From: Ascidiella aspersa
Lineage: Eukaryota
Length of the DNA: 64,000 bases
Direction: 5' to 3'
Assembly: GCA_963924565.1 (NCBI GenBank)
Contig: OZ004611.1
Location: forward strand, 18,414,001 to 18,478,000
Under the pieces are notes generated by a model. It was not told the origin of the DNA. It saw nothing but the letters and a program-made list of their open reading frames with translations, and made no database searches. How positions within the stretch are numbered: position 1 is the stretch's first letter; every line of letters starts with the position of its first letter. The translations under genes and the position numbers were made by a program. Below, in pieces: positions 24,701-37,100 of the stretch.

Positions 24701-26611
24701 AAGTTACGATGTATGTTTGTAGACCAAAAATGAAAATAATGTTGGGTTTAAAGTTTAAACCAAAACAATTATACCCATATCTTTTGCCAGTAAAAAACAG
24801 TGTAGGCCTACGTATAGATTTTTTTTTATTTCAAATGTGTGGCAGAGTTTTTGAATTGTTATTTCTGTATATATTTGTCATTTTTAGTTCGACGCCCAGA
24901 AATTTGCTAAGGCAGGCTGCATAATTAAACTGAACGTTAAAATAATTTTATTATATTGCACTTTTCTGTTTTCGTTGCATTTGATATTATTTAAAGTAAA
25001 CAAAACCTCGTTAAAACTTTGGCAGCGCCATGGATTTTTCCACTTTCGGACACCAAAGGCCTTGTTGATTACCGAAAATCGTTTGACCACGTAATTCCAG
25101 GGGAAATAAATCAACCACCTTATTGCTCAATTGAGGAGGTAATACAATTCTACAAAACAGATTTTTATTAATTATTTGAGTACAAAATGGTTCAAAAATT
25201 GTTTAAAAAATGCTCGTATGTGTTTGAAATAAATGGCATAACTATAGGCTTCATGACTGTCTCCAGTTGTGAAGTACTGTAGCAATACTAGATTAGTACC
25301 GGTACATATTGGATAATTTTTTTTAAATAGGATAGTTTAGTGTGTCACAAAAGTCAGCATACAAATCGAGGTTTTCCTGGTCACATCTGTAGGAACCAAC
25401 AGTATTGCATTTTTAAGTGTTGCATGCAGTACACTTCGTAGTCCAAACCTAATTAATTGATTAGTGATTATAGACTTAACGACCCTTGTTGGCATTACTG
25501 CATGCAATGCAGGGCTTCATAACTCGTTTTCGTCTTGAAACATCATCCATGTGTCCACATTAAAAAGAACTTGTTTTCGACATAAGGCTTAAAATCATTC
25601 AACGTAAAACTCTTTGTATTGTATTTTTTGTCACACTTTTTTTTTCGGCAAAATTATCACATTTCTGGGTGATGAAATTATAGTAGGCTATTTGGATCAT
25701 GTCTATTTGGAAAAGTATGTGGACCCCATAATAGTACAAAAAGCTAGTAGATAATTACTTTTGGGCTAAGAGCAAAAAGGATATCTAACACTCACTTGCA
25801 AACGGAAGCAGCCGTGAAAGAACGTCGCAAAGTTTAAAAAATAAGTAGCCTAAGGTAATTGGTCGATGTAATGCACACATAATTTAACCTAAAATTCCCA
25901 AAAACGTCGATTTAAAGGGTTGTAGCATATGATGAAGACCTTTATTCGCGACCTCTTGCTAGAGTTTGAATAACTCTGACCTATAAATGAACCAATAGCA
26001 TATTTTGTCAAACGAGTAGCCTATATTTTACTAAGTTGATTTAAATTGGCTGGTTTATTGCCAGTTTTGCACTTCATATGTATTAAATATGTTATATGGC
26101 CTACATCTTTCAATTCTGTATGAAGCTATTTATGACAAAACACGAGTTTATTACTTAACACTGCTATGTACACTTCAGGTAAAAGAGCGTGTCACAAAGC
26201 TTCATTTAAGGATGGAAAAGAATCTTGTCGAGCAAAAGAAATCCAAGAACTACGTTTATGGCGTATTAGGCCGTGTGATGAAAATGGGTAGTAAATATTC
26301 CCTCTTGGAGGTAAAAACAAAAAGTACTTCTGATACAAAACATCCAGAAAACACGACTAATATAACACTATAATTTATTTTCTAATTTTTTTTAATTTAA
26401 CAAGGAAACTCGTAGAGTGATTGTCGACAACTTGCAATACAAAATCGAAGAACAACCGTTTCTCCCAAATAACGATGTTTATGATGATGTATCCGCTGTA
26501 TTACAGCACTCGGTTGACTGTGTTTGTTCAACAACTGAAAAAACGTCCACCAACAAAGAAAATTTAGATTCCGGAGACTATAAAACCGCTGAAAAACCTC
26601 TTCCTGGTTGA
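18736..26611 (+). CDS. Putative multi-pass membrane protein of unknown family; first coding exon has a disrupted frame (pseudogene, assembly error or recoding)
   Basis: GT-AG-bounded exons 18736-19206, 20329-20439, 22404-22506, 26179-26310, 26405-26611 total 1024 nt (3n+1). Exons 2-5 join in one open frame (RRFVTVVLYICLGGQIFG...RVLQAFLGRGVFVAYMLTQVCMIFKKPRK-VKERVTKL...KPLPG*). The ATG frame is hydrophobic and GC3-rich but stops at 19036-19038. Confidence 0.5.
20759..20792 (-). mobile_element. Helitron-like 3' terminus
   Basis: Minus strand reads CACCTGGGCAACGCCTGGTATTTCGTCTAG|T: a short GC-rich hairpin-like segment just upstream of CTAG followed by T. 5' end not located. Confidence 0.45.
21923..22319. 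mobile_element. hAT MITE
   Basis: TIR CAGGGATGACGAAC / GTTCGCCATCCCTG; exact TSD TTCTATGA. Confidence 0.9.
22700..24050 (-). mobile_element. Penelope-like retroelement relic
   Basis: Minus-strand RT motifs: KIHKAGNPG (~23960-23985), NHFMFGNQHFLQLKGTAL...PQYANI.M...YLRYIGDIF (ORF 23402-23686), and a CELCPH motif (~22850) of the kind preceding the GIY-YIG endonuclease; many disruptions. Boundaries approximate. Confidence 0.8.
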
Positions 26612-28109
26612 CATACCGCTTACATCAAGATGTTTAAGTTATAATATGCTTAAACCAATATAATACAATTTCTTCCTAATCACGTGTCTAGTAAAAAGAT
26701 GAACAGCAAACTTTAATTAACCCAGAGAAATAATATAATTTTATTTAATGCATTGTTAACGTTATGAAAAATAACGACAAATGCAAAGAAACTGTGGTAA
26801 GGAGTATTAAAACAAAAAACAAATTAAAAAAAGATACGTCGATCATGCAACTAAATATTGACCAGTCGGCATGAAAGCTTTGCAAAGGTTTCAAATATCT
26901 AACAAGACATGTAAAGCAATAATCGCAGTAGTTCACAGCCGATATTAAAATTTCCAATTTAGAAGGCAAAAAGCAAACACCTTTACAATGCAATAGTTTC
27001 GAAGCTGCTACTTCTATCAAACAACGAATTTGGAATCATTTGATGATTTACACAGTTGTTAGGCAAGTAGGTTTTCCTACATGGACCACAAATAATTACA
27101 ACGACAGTATTCAGTTAGTGTTTCACAATTAACAATATTGTATTGCACGATTCTATCTCGCAACAGCAAAAATAGAATGGAGTCGGCCAAGTTATTGAAA
27201 CTTGGGAAATTATTACACCGTGCGATAATACCGTGACATATTCTTAACCGGTCAAGGTAAAAATAATGACGCCACGTGGACGCCACTCAGCAATTACTAA
27301 AACATGTTAAAAGCGAGGGCTAAATGACACGAGAGAACCGATTGGATCTTCATTTGTTTCCGTACAATGAGAAAATAAATGGTAATGAATCGGTGAAATG
27401 CGGAACTAGATCCTTGGCGCAATCGACATAACAATGATTAAACACGTGATTGAAACTGTTGACAGTAAATATAAGTAAAAAGAAAAAAATACGTAAAATG
27501 TGCTCACAATGTTTGACAAGTGGAAAGGAGTTTGAAACTACAGTATAATAAAAGCAGTTAACTCAAAAAGGGAAAGTGGTTTCTATATTGTTTTCTCATA
27601 AAACTAACATCAATGATCAACAACGCATCATGAAAGTGTTTGCAATATTAAGCAGAGTTGAGGCGAATCACAAGCTTCAGAAAACATAGGTGGGCATACG
27701 ATGATTACGGCAATAAAATTATTACAAACTTAACGTCAGTACATTCAACGTTATGATTGAGATTATTAAAATGTAAAAAAAGTTAATTATACGTAACACA
27801 CTGGATCAGTTTAATTAGTCTATTGGGTATACACCTGGAGTATACATACAAAAATCACTTTTAACAAACAACAAATATGGGTCGTAACAATGCCTGCACA
27901 TGACTGGCAAAATCTCCGAACGAACTCATAGGGTTCAAATAGTAAGTTTCTGAGCGTGGCGCTTGGGTCGAAAATTAGACAACTGCAAGCGCCGCGCTTT
28001 GGTTAAGCCTGTTCTGTTCCAATGGTTAAGAAAATGGCAATTATTAGGTAAAATGACCTTACCAAACACAAATATGAGGAAATTGGCTGGAGACAAAACG
28101 AAACTTTCA

Positions 28110-31100
28110 TTAGTATGACCTTGTCGGAAAACGCTTGCGTTTGGCCGCCTCTACTGCTAAACGGACACTGGGAGAAACAGTTACGTGATTATCGTCTTGG
28201 TCCTCCTCACGTGACGCGATCACGCCCACTTTAATAAGCTTGTCCATGATTTCCGGCTGCAACGAGGCAAGATAGACGCGCAGGTTGTTGGCCTTGAAGT
28301 CCTTGCAGATCTGAAACATGGGAATTGTGGATGCCAATGCGAAGTATTTATTTAGAACTGTTGCGCAATTGGATGTTTACCTACTATACAGAATATACTC
28401 AGATTTTCACATTTTTATAACAAGCCTTAATCTTAATACTCAGAAAATCCACATACTGTTTAAACAATGTTTAAATGATAACACTGAACGAATTGTACTA
28501 CTCTTGTGGCATTGAATTCCTATTCGTCATTTTCATGGCAAACCACAACAGACAGGGTGACGCAACTACTAGCAAATCGACCCGTTAAAATATTTTCCCA
28601 ATATTTGGGTGTTACGTATCATCGGAGATGAGTACTGATGACATATATAAGCGACATGCAGCAAAGTAACGCTACATCGGCAAAGTAACGTTATATGTTA
28701 ATAAACGTAATTTAGGCGTATTCTTTACATTGTAGTGCGGTACGTGCAGTCGTGCAGCAATATATATCACGGCAAAATACGCAGCAGTTTACTTTTCTAC
28801 AAAACACGGGTCCAACTCTCACCTGACTGACTGTTTCCATTCCCATTAAGTCGATGAAAGTCCACCCTGAGCAATCGAAGATTATCGTGTGGAAGTAATG
28901 CTTCGGGTTGAAACTCAAACGCTCCGGGCTGCCGCGCTTCAGCAAGCTTTTCCCGGCGCTGTTCGTGCCGCTGAAGTGTACGTCACGCGTCTGCATGTCC
29001 ATCACGATCGCCGAATCGTTCTCGCCGTCACGTGAGCATCCGGGAGCGGTCGTGAGTGAGTTCGTGGTGTCGCTTTCGTGATCTTTCGCGGATTCGTCAG
29101 CAATGACGGCGACTGGCGTGTTTGCCTCGTCATCGTGACGAAAGGAGCTTGACGACGGGACGCTTTCCTCTTTGGTGTCGTCACTTGCCGATTCCGTGAC
29201 GTCAGGTCTGAGGTGGGGCTTTCTCTTGATGACGTCAACAGTCAGTAAACCATCGTCTTGGTCAGACGGCTCGGTCATCGAATCATCGTCATCGCGGTCG
29301 GTGTGATGTAACAAAGACAGAAGATGTTCCTCTAGAAAATCAAAATCAAAATCAAACTTAAAACCTTTTTTTTCATTTTTGGAATTAAGTAAGAAAATTT
29401 TGATTGGGTGACGTACAGCCAGTATTTTTAATGTAAAAAAAATTAATTGTAGAATTTAAAAGCCTGGTAAAATAGATTAAAAACATTCAATGATTTTAAG
29501 GCTATACAGAACGACCCTCCAACGAGATAACAGGCATTCAATTTAGTGACTACACATATAAGATAACTACCAGAATTCTGATGTGACTCGCAAGTTTTCT
29601 TCACAAACATAGCTTCATTGCTAAGGGCTTGCAAGGCGTTGACGTTTCCGAAGAAAGGAGATTGTGGAAAACGGACAATCTTTATTCCAGGTACTTCTTG
29701 GGCCTAGCGACAAGAAAACAGGGGAGGTTACAAAATCATAAAGGGATTATCAATATCAATGTATTAAAATGACTAAACTGCCGGTAAAGTACAATAGAAA
29801 ACAATACAAAAAAACAACAACAAAAAACAGGAAAAGGAGGTAATGTTACAGGCAGTTAGGACTTGGTGAATAAACATGTCACAGTGAATAGGTTATATCA
29901 ATTAGCTCTGATTAAAAATGTTATTTTTACGCTTCGGTTGTTGACCTATATCTAAAACATACAGTACACCTGTAGTCCGGTAGGTATATGTGCTCCAAGA
30001 ACTTGAAATTTAACTTAAAAGTCAACGTGATATAGGCGGAATATTTATGATTTCCAAAATATTATTTTTTTACTGACACAAACAGAAAAGAGAATAAAAG
30101 GATTAGTGAACACTGTCAGAAGCGTTAATAGGAAGTTTCACAGAAGGCCGGTTCCTGCCACGCGACGAACAAACGACGAAACGTAATGAAGCAACTAACC
30201 TTGCCGAACTTCTCGATGTCTCTGTAGATTTCAGTTTTGCCTAGGCCCCCTCGAACAGTGATTTTTGGCTTGTAGACGCTCAACACGACGGTGACGAGCA
30301 GCCCCAGGACACCCACAGCCAGTCCCAGGTCAACACCCAGCAGGGTGACCGCGGTAAAGGTGACCAGCCACACAACCTAATGCAAGAAATATCAAGGGTG
30401 TAAAGACTAGGATTTATATAAAATTTTATATATTATGGCTCAATTGGAAGTGATTAATATGTTTTGTATGCAATAAAAAAACAGTCGGTATATTTAGGAA
30501 ACGTTTAACATATTGAGGTTACGTTTAGGCGTCCATCTTGTTCGGGGCCTTGCCATTTTCGCCTTTTGTCAATAATAATAAAAAAGCAAGGATATTTTGT
30601 AAAATAAACAGTGAGTGTGTCCTGGGCTCCTGGTACATGTTTACCCTATTAAACAAAAAACATGTAGAGAACAGGGGTAAGAAGTGATAATTTCTTTTGC
30701 TTACGTTTTGTAGACTTTTTCAACTTTCAACGTTGAAATTTGTACAAAATTGCAAATAATCATGATAAGTCAGCAAAACAGATTTGGCCAGTGCAAAAAA
30801 ATTGTCACGTCTTAACAAAGTTGCAAGTGTAGTAAGAGTCGCGTCTATACGAAGGAAGTAGTAAGTTATTTATCTGAGTAGTTCGAATGACATTCACTTC
30901 CATCCGTATCAAATTATACTTCCATCCGCATAAAATATCCATATTAATTACACGAAACACTATGACTAAAGATTTATGTGATACAAAGGCGATTGCAACA
31001 ACAAGTTTTATAAATATTAAACGCATTTAAAAATCCGACCATAATAAAAATAACTATCGATTTTTATTGAACAGCTGCTCGAAAATTTAGAACCAAATTA

Positions 31101-34100
31101 CGAAAAATATTTGCAAAAATAAAAATTAAAAATACAGGAATGCTCATTAACCTGATGTAAGTTTCACCACAGTACGAACAACATCGCTTGGCAAAACGGA
31201 GTGACTTCCGTTTACCACGTTATTCGACACGTGTAGAATAAGTAAGGAAGTTGTTTAAGGTTTACTGCGTTGGGACCGGGAAAAATGGCACAATCTCTTA
31301 GTCCATAAAATCACAATAACGACACCATAAAAAAGTGGAAGCCTGTAACTTTCTGTACAAATTTTAGACAATGGTCATTTAAATGTCATTAAAAAACCTT
31401 AAATTGGGACAAAGCTGCTTTACAAAACCGTTAATGATAAGAATATTATTCGCCTTTGCGATTGCACAACGTCGATAAAAAAGCAAAATTAATATACAAA
31501 TCAGCTAATGATAAATCATTAGATTACATTTATTAAACTTGTTTATTGCGCAGCCATTTTAAAAGGCTACATAGCTTATTGTGTACATTCGAAACACATT
31601 TATACTCACAAAATCGGGTTTGGACAACGACCAAAGACGCGGAAGCAACAAAAATTGCTTCATAAGACTCCTGATGTTGATTGCGATGATAGCCGAGAGG
31701 CAAGCCTTGGGCAGCGCGTACAGATATTGACCAATCAGGAGCAGTACCAACAGGATGACGATGGACGATACCACGTCAGAAAACTGCGCCAAAACACGTT
31801 GCGTATTACAAATGCTATTTCGATGACGTATTTCATTTAATAGGTTGTTCAGTTTAAACAAACATATTCGAGCCGGCGCAATACTGCATCTCTCAACCTA
31901 TTTAGGGCCGAGTAACGAGCAACTTTGTCTAGCCAAGTGGTTCCTAAACTTTTTAAATAAGCATTGCGGCCCCTTGTTAATTGTTCAGTGATTCATGGGA
32001 TTATAAAGTTATCATCCCTATTATAAAAAAATGAAATAGAAATAGGAATAAAGAGTAAACATTACTACAAAAATAATCAGGTTGAATTAATAAAAAAAAA
32101 CGTTGTATAAAACCTTCTACAGGCTCGCTCACTTGCTTTGGCTCAATCAAGTATCTGTTTTGGGTTAAGTTTTAAGGCAATGAACTTTTTTTTGTCGGGC
32201 TTACTAAAACTACTTTACGGATCTTTTATGAAAAAAAGACAACATTTTTAAAAGTAGGTCCTAAACTATATCGTGGCGCCTAAACTCACACACATTTTTG
32301 TCATTATTGTCGTAAACTTCCAGTAAGAGGCATACAATATTGCAATTTAAACAGTGGAATAATCTTGTCCGAAAAATGATCACGAGTTCACCACAATACA
32401 TATAATACGGAATTTACATTGTGTTATCAATAGGTTTGATTCGTGTTGAAAGACAGAGCACAGTTAAAGTACTTACAATATGATATTAGTCTAACAGTAA
32501 AACAACACAAATGGTGACGTCACGATGTACTATACATCACATGCATCATGTCTACCATTTGTTTATCGTCACTATGTAAAAACGTGCCTTAATTTCCGTC
32601 ATTTAACTCGCAATAGAACAGGCACATGCGTGAAATAAAAAGAGAATAGTAAGCAAAAGTTTCATTAATCAACACTTAAGTTTGCAGTATAATATGGTAT
32701 AGATGCAATAAGCCATTATAATTTAAACGATATTGAATCGTAAATAGTTTGCACAACAAAAGATTGCATCTTATTAAAAACAAACTGATAGGACATTCTA
32801 AAATTAATTTGAAGGGCACCAACCGCTAAATACCACATGCAAATTCGACGAAAGCATGATACGGCTATTTATTATAGTCGATTCGCCATTGTTGTATATT
32901 TAAATGTTGCGACAAAGCTTAGGTAAACTTATAAACTTAGCAAAACGAACCAAACTACCAACCTGAGTTTTCGTCCCGCTGCTCTCTTTAACAGTGCTGC
33001 GCGCAAGTGCAGCTGAACAGGCGTGGCCTTGGAACATCCCACAGGTCAGCTGCGATACCCCAAGTGCAAATAGCTCCTGCAAAAAACGGAAAACTTACAA
33101 AATGTTGTGGTTCTGTATACATCGGGGTCATCTTAGAGCCGCGCGCTAACGCAAAGTAACAACCGTGCTTAGTGGATCGTTGTCTATACACAGATATTAT
33201 TTACATTACAGCACTACTGACAGCAAAAGCACAGTCTAGTTTCTATTTGAAACTAAATGATTAAAAAAACGCTTCCATGACACTATTTAACTGGTAAACA
33301 CTCGTAGAAAAGTTGTTACTGTATTTCATTGGAACTTTTAAAATGTTACATAAATACATCTTGACATTCATTCCAATGCAGTTTTAGACGAATTAAAAAA
33401 AAGAAAGGAGTCAAATCGAATAGCAGTTTATAACACCGTGACACTGCTAAGCTGGACGGACGTCTTTCGATACGTAACGACAGTTTATAAACAAAAAAAA
33501 GCGGATAGCATGGGCGATTAGACTCTTACAGAGATTAATCATAAAATAAATGAGTTGATAAGATCGCGATCGGACTCTTGTGAACTTATTACTTCGCCTT
33601 AAGTTGCAAGTAGCTAGATTCGCGCTAGCTGATGCGCCCGACGGCTGTTATTTTACCTGATTGGGCTTGACCTTGTAACCGTGCTTTTTGGCGAAAAGCT
33701 TTCCGATTGACACCGAAATGGCGAATGACACGATGGCGATTGAAAAGGCGTCAGTGACCAAGTCGCCCCACAGCGAAGGGTTCGGTATCATCGGAGCGGG
33801 AAGGCTAAAAATATCATAAGAATTATTCGGTCTGAGATAAATATTTTTAAAATAATACATGGTCATATGTCAATTAGAGGTTACAAAATGCCCGTTAAAA
33901 AAACAATATATGTTTTTTAAATTATTATGCAGGGCTAGTTCCTAATCATGTATGCAACATATCAATGCAAGCGGTATTCGCGACTTACCCAGAAGGAATA
34001 GTTCCGACTATATCAATCCCGTACTTGCCATTAAGGTCCACGGATGCCGACACAGCCGTTCCAATCACAACCACCACGAGTTCGATGGGAATCGGGATGC

Positions 34101-37100
34101 TGTGCAGTTTCTCCTTGTATATTCTGGAGAAAAATGTGCAAAAATATTGAATTTTGCTCGGTCGATTAATTTGCAGAAACACCTACTTTAATAATAACGG
34201 TCTAGTCCGATCGCGAATAAATTTAAGCAACATGCTTTTGCATTCAGTGCCAATGTTTTTAGTGACAAATAACAAGAAAATGCCAAGTAAAAAAAATACT
34301 TAACAGCGGTATATTCAAAAGTTATACTGTTACAAGGTAGACTGAAGGTTTATGACAGAGTACACCTGCCGTTCTTTTTGCGCGGGTTAATCCGGGCTCA
34401 ATGCTAAGATTGGAGGTTACTCAAGTTCACAAAAAAATAACAATTTTCGTATCAATCAAACGGAATGACGCATTCGGTCAAGAGGACAAAAATCACGCTG
34501 TGTTTTGAGGACAAACATTATGAAAACGAACCTCCATCAACCTAAAGTTGTCCCCTGGCGTTTTAAGAGGCGGTGAATTAAAAAGAATACAATATTGCCA
34601 TTTTCAGAAACCTTTTACTTAGTAGCTTAGAAGGCATCAAAGTTAAATTTTGATCAACTGGCATTCATATTGAAATATAAGGACATTACATATAGTTTGT
34701 CTTTGTATTTTTGACTATGCGGTCACCACTGAGGTTTTATGCAACAAGTAAAAGATCTGGATGATATTCACACTTCTATTACGATGCGTTTTAGCAAATA
34801 CATAAGCCATATTAAGTAAAATAAAGCTTGGTGTTGTTTTTAACCAGATTAGATATTCGTTGACTTTACTATATATAAATTGAAATTATCTATATGTTTT
34901 TAAAAATTTAATTTGAAATACGTTTTTCAACAGAATGAATTATAATGATCATTAAAAAACAAGCTATTGTTGTTTATTATAACTCTAAATTAAATAGGGG
35001 AATTGAGTCATTATAAGTTTTTCACATAAAAAAATTCAGTTTGTTAAAAAAGACAGTATTATTGTCAAAAAAGAGCTTTGGATTCTATAATGGGCAACAA
35101 GAAAATAATTTTGTGAACTATAAAGTTAAAAAGTTAAATAAAAGTCTTACTCATTGATCAATTTAACAGGATAAAGTATGACAAGACTAATAACAGACAA
35201 AACCACTTCAGCTACATTTGTTTCTTCTATTCGCTTGAACAGTTCAATGTATGTCTGTAAAAAAACAATTTTTTTAGAGCTGTTTATTTAAATCAATTAA
35301 TACCAAGACAATAAACAGAAAGAGTAAATCAAATGTGGTGTGATTTTAAAAGTTTTAAGCGAAAATTACATTGCACACTCGAATGAAATAAAATGCTAGC
35401 ATTACTACAAATAAAAATATACCTTGAAAAGTGCAAATGGTGCTGCTTGTCTTGGTAATTGAATGCCAAAAAAATACTTGACCTGTGCTGTAAGCACAAA
35501 CAGAGCTGCACCAGTTGTGAAGCCTGATATAAGGGGTTCGGACAGAAAAACAGTGACGAAACCAAGTTTACAAATACCCATGCCAATCTAGAAAAATAAA
35601 AACAATATGGTGTTTTAATATAAAACTACAAATGATTTTATTTAAACCTGGAGTGGTAAAAAAGAAAGCAAAAGGTCGCACATAAAAAATAATTAACAAC
35701 AGAAAACATTACCGTGTAAAACCAAAACATATAAAAAAGATTTATTTATCAAATGTTAATTAGATTTCTTAAATAAAAAAATAAATAAATATAGATATAC
35801 ATGTATGAATATGTAAACTATGACATAATAACAACGAAAATATTTTAAGTTAAACCTACTTTAGCAATTTAGACAATGTTAATCATGATCTTGTGACAAG
35901 AATAACAAGAAATATTAAAAATATATGGTTCAACATGTTTAAAACACAATCCAATTATATAAATATTTTAATTTGTTTATACAAGAATAGTAAAACAACA
36001 CTCCTATAATGCCACCAGTTTTTATTGAAATTCTATTATTAATAAAACAATATTATCATATCTAATGTGGAGAAAATATTCACGCCTGACGCACTCCTAT
36101 TGCAATTGTTGGTTTACATCAACCGCAGAATTACAAGGTATGGTCCTTGACAGCAAAATGCCAACAGCAAGTATGTTGGGACATCCCCTTAGCAACAGCT
36201 ATGAGGATTTCGTAATTGGGATAACAACTCTATCAAGAGCAGTCCTAAATAATGTTGAGGACACATTTGAAAGGTGAGCACAATGACATTTGAAAGGTGA
36301 GTACAATGTTGCATGTTAGAACAGGGCAAAAACAGCCATATGACACTGGCTTTTAAACAGAAATAAAAATATACATGTGATATAAAATTGTGCAGTAGTT
36401 TGTTGATTTAAAAAATACAATATTAAAATTATGTATTTGAGTACCAAAAAAATTATAATTAATCTGTATCTGGCAAATAGTTTAAAATCCACCAACAAAG
36501 TGTAGTGGGCAGCAAATAGATAAATATAGCCTGCATTTGACACTGGTATGTAAATTGACAGTTGGCTATATACAGAAAACTTAAAACATTGACATCATGT
36601 TGTGAAACCATCATAGGTCAGACGGACATGTAGATGGCATGTATTGTTATTTAGGCTGTGCTATTAGGTTGTATAGAAGACAAATAGGTCTGAAGTGGGT
36701 AACAGTAAAAAGGAAGAGTTTCTGCAATTTAGGCAGTAACAGATGTATTTTGTTTTCTATTGGGAATTCAATAATAGGAGTTGTAAAATCTAAAACTAAT
36801 TATAATTTAATAAACAAGTTTTGTAAAACAGTTATACAGGATAGTAAAAGATATGCCAAAACAAACCAGTCCAAGTCATTTTGAATGTATGATAATACAA
36901 ATAGCTTCTTTTTAATTCAATAAAGTTAGAAATGTAGTTTATGTAAGGCAATAATTGGTTTTGTTTAAAAAAGTATGTTCCTGTTGAGAGATCAGACAAA
37001 ATGCAATATACCACCAACTGATTTGTCCAAGATTAGCCCAATCTTGAAAAGGATTGTCATTATGGGCTTTGTCTTAGAAGGCTACTGACAACAGCATGGA

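Noticed and set aside
36262-36310. 24-bp tandem duplication (a similar one is at ~46705-46757)
   Set aside because: Ordinary slippage duplications with no sign of function.
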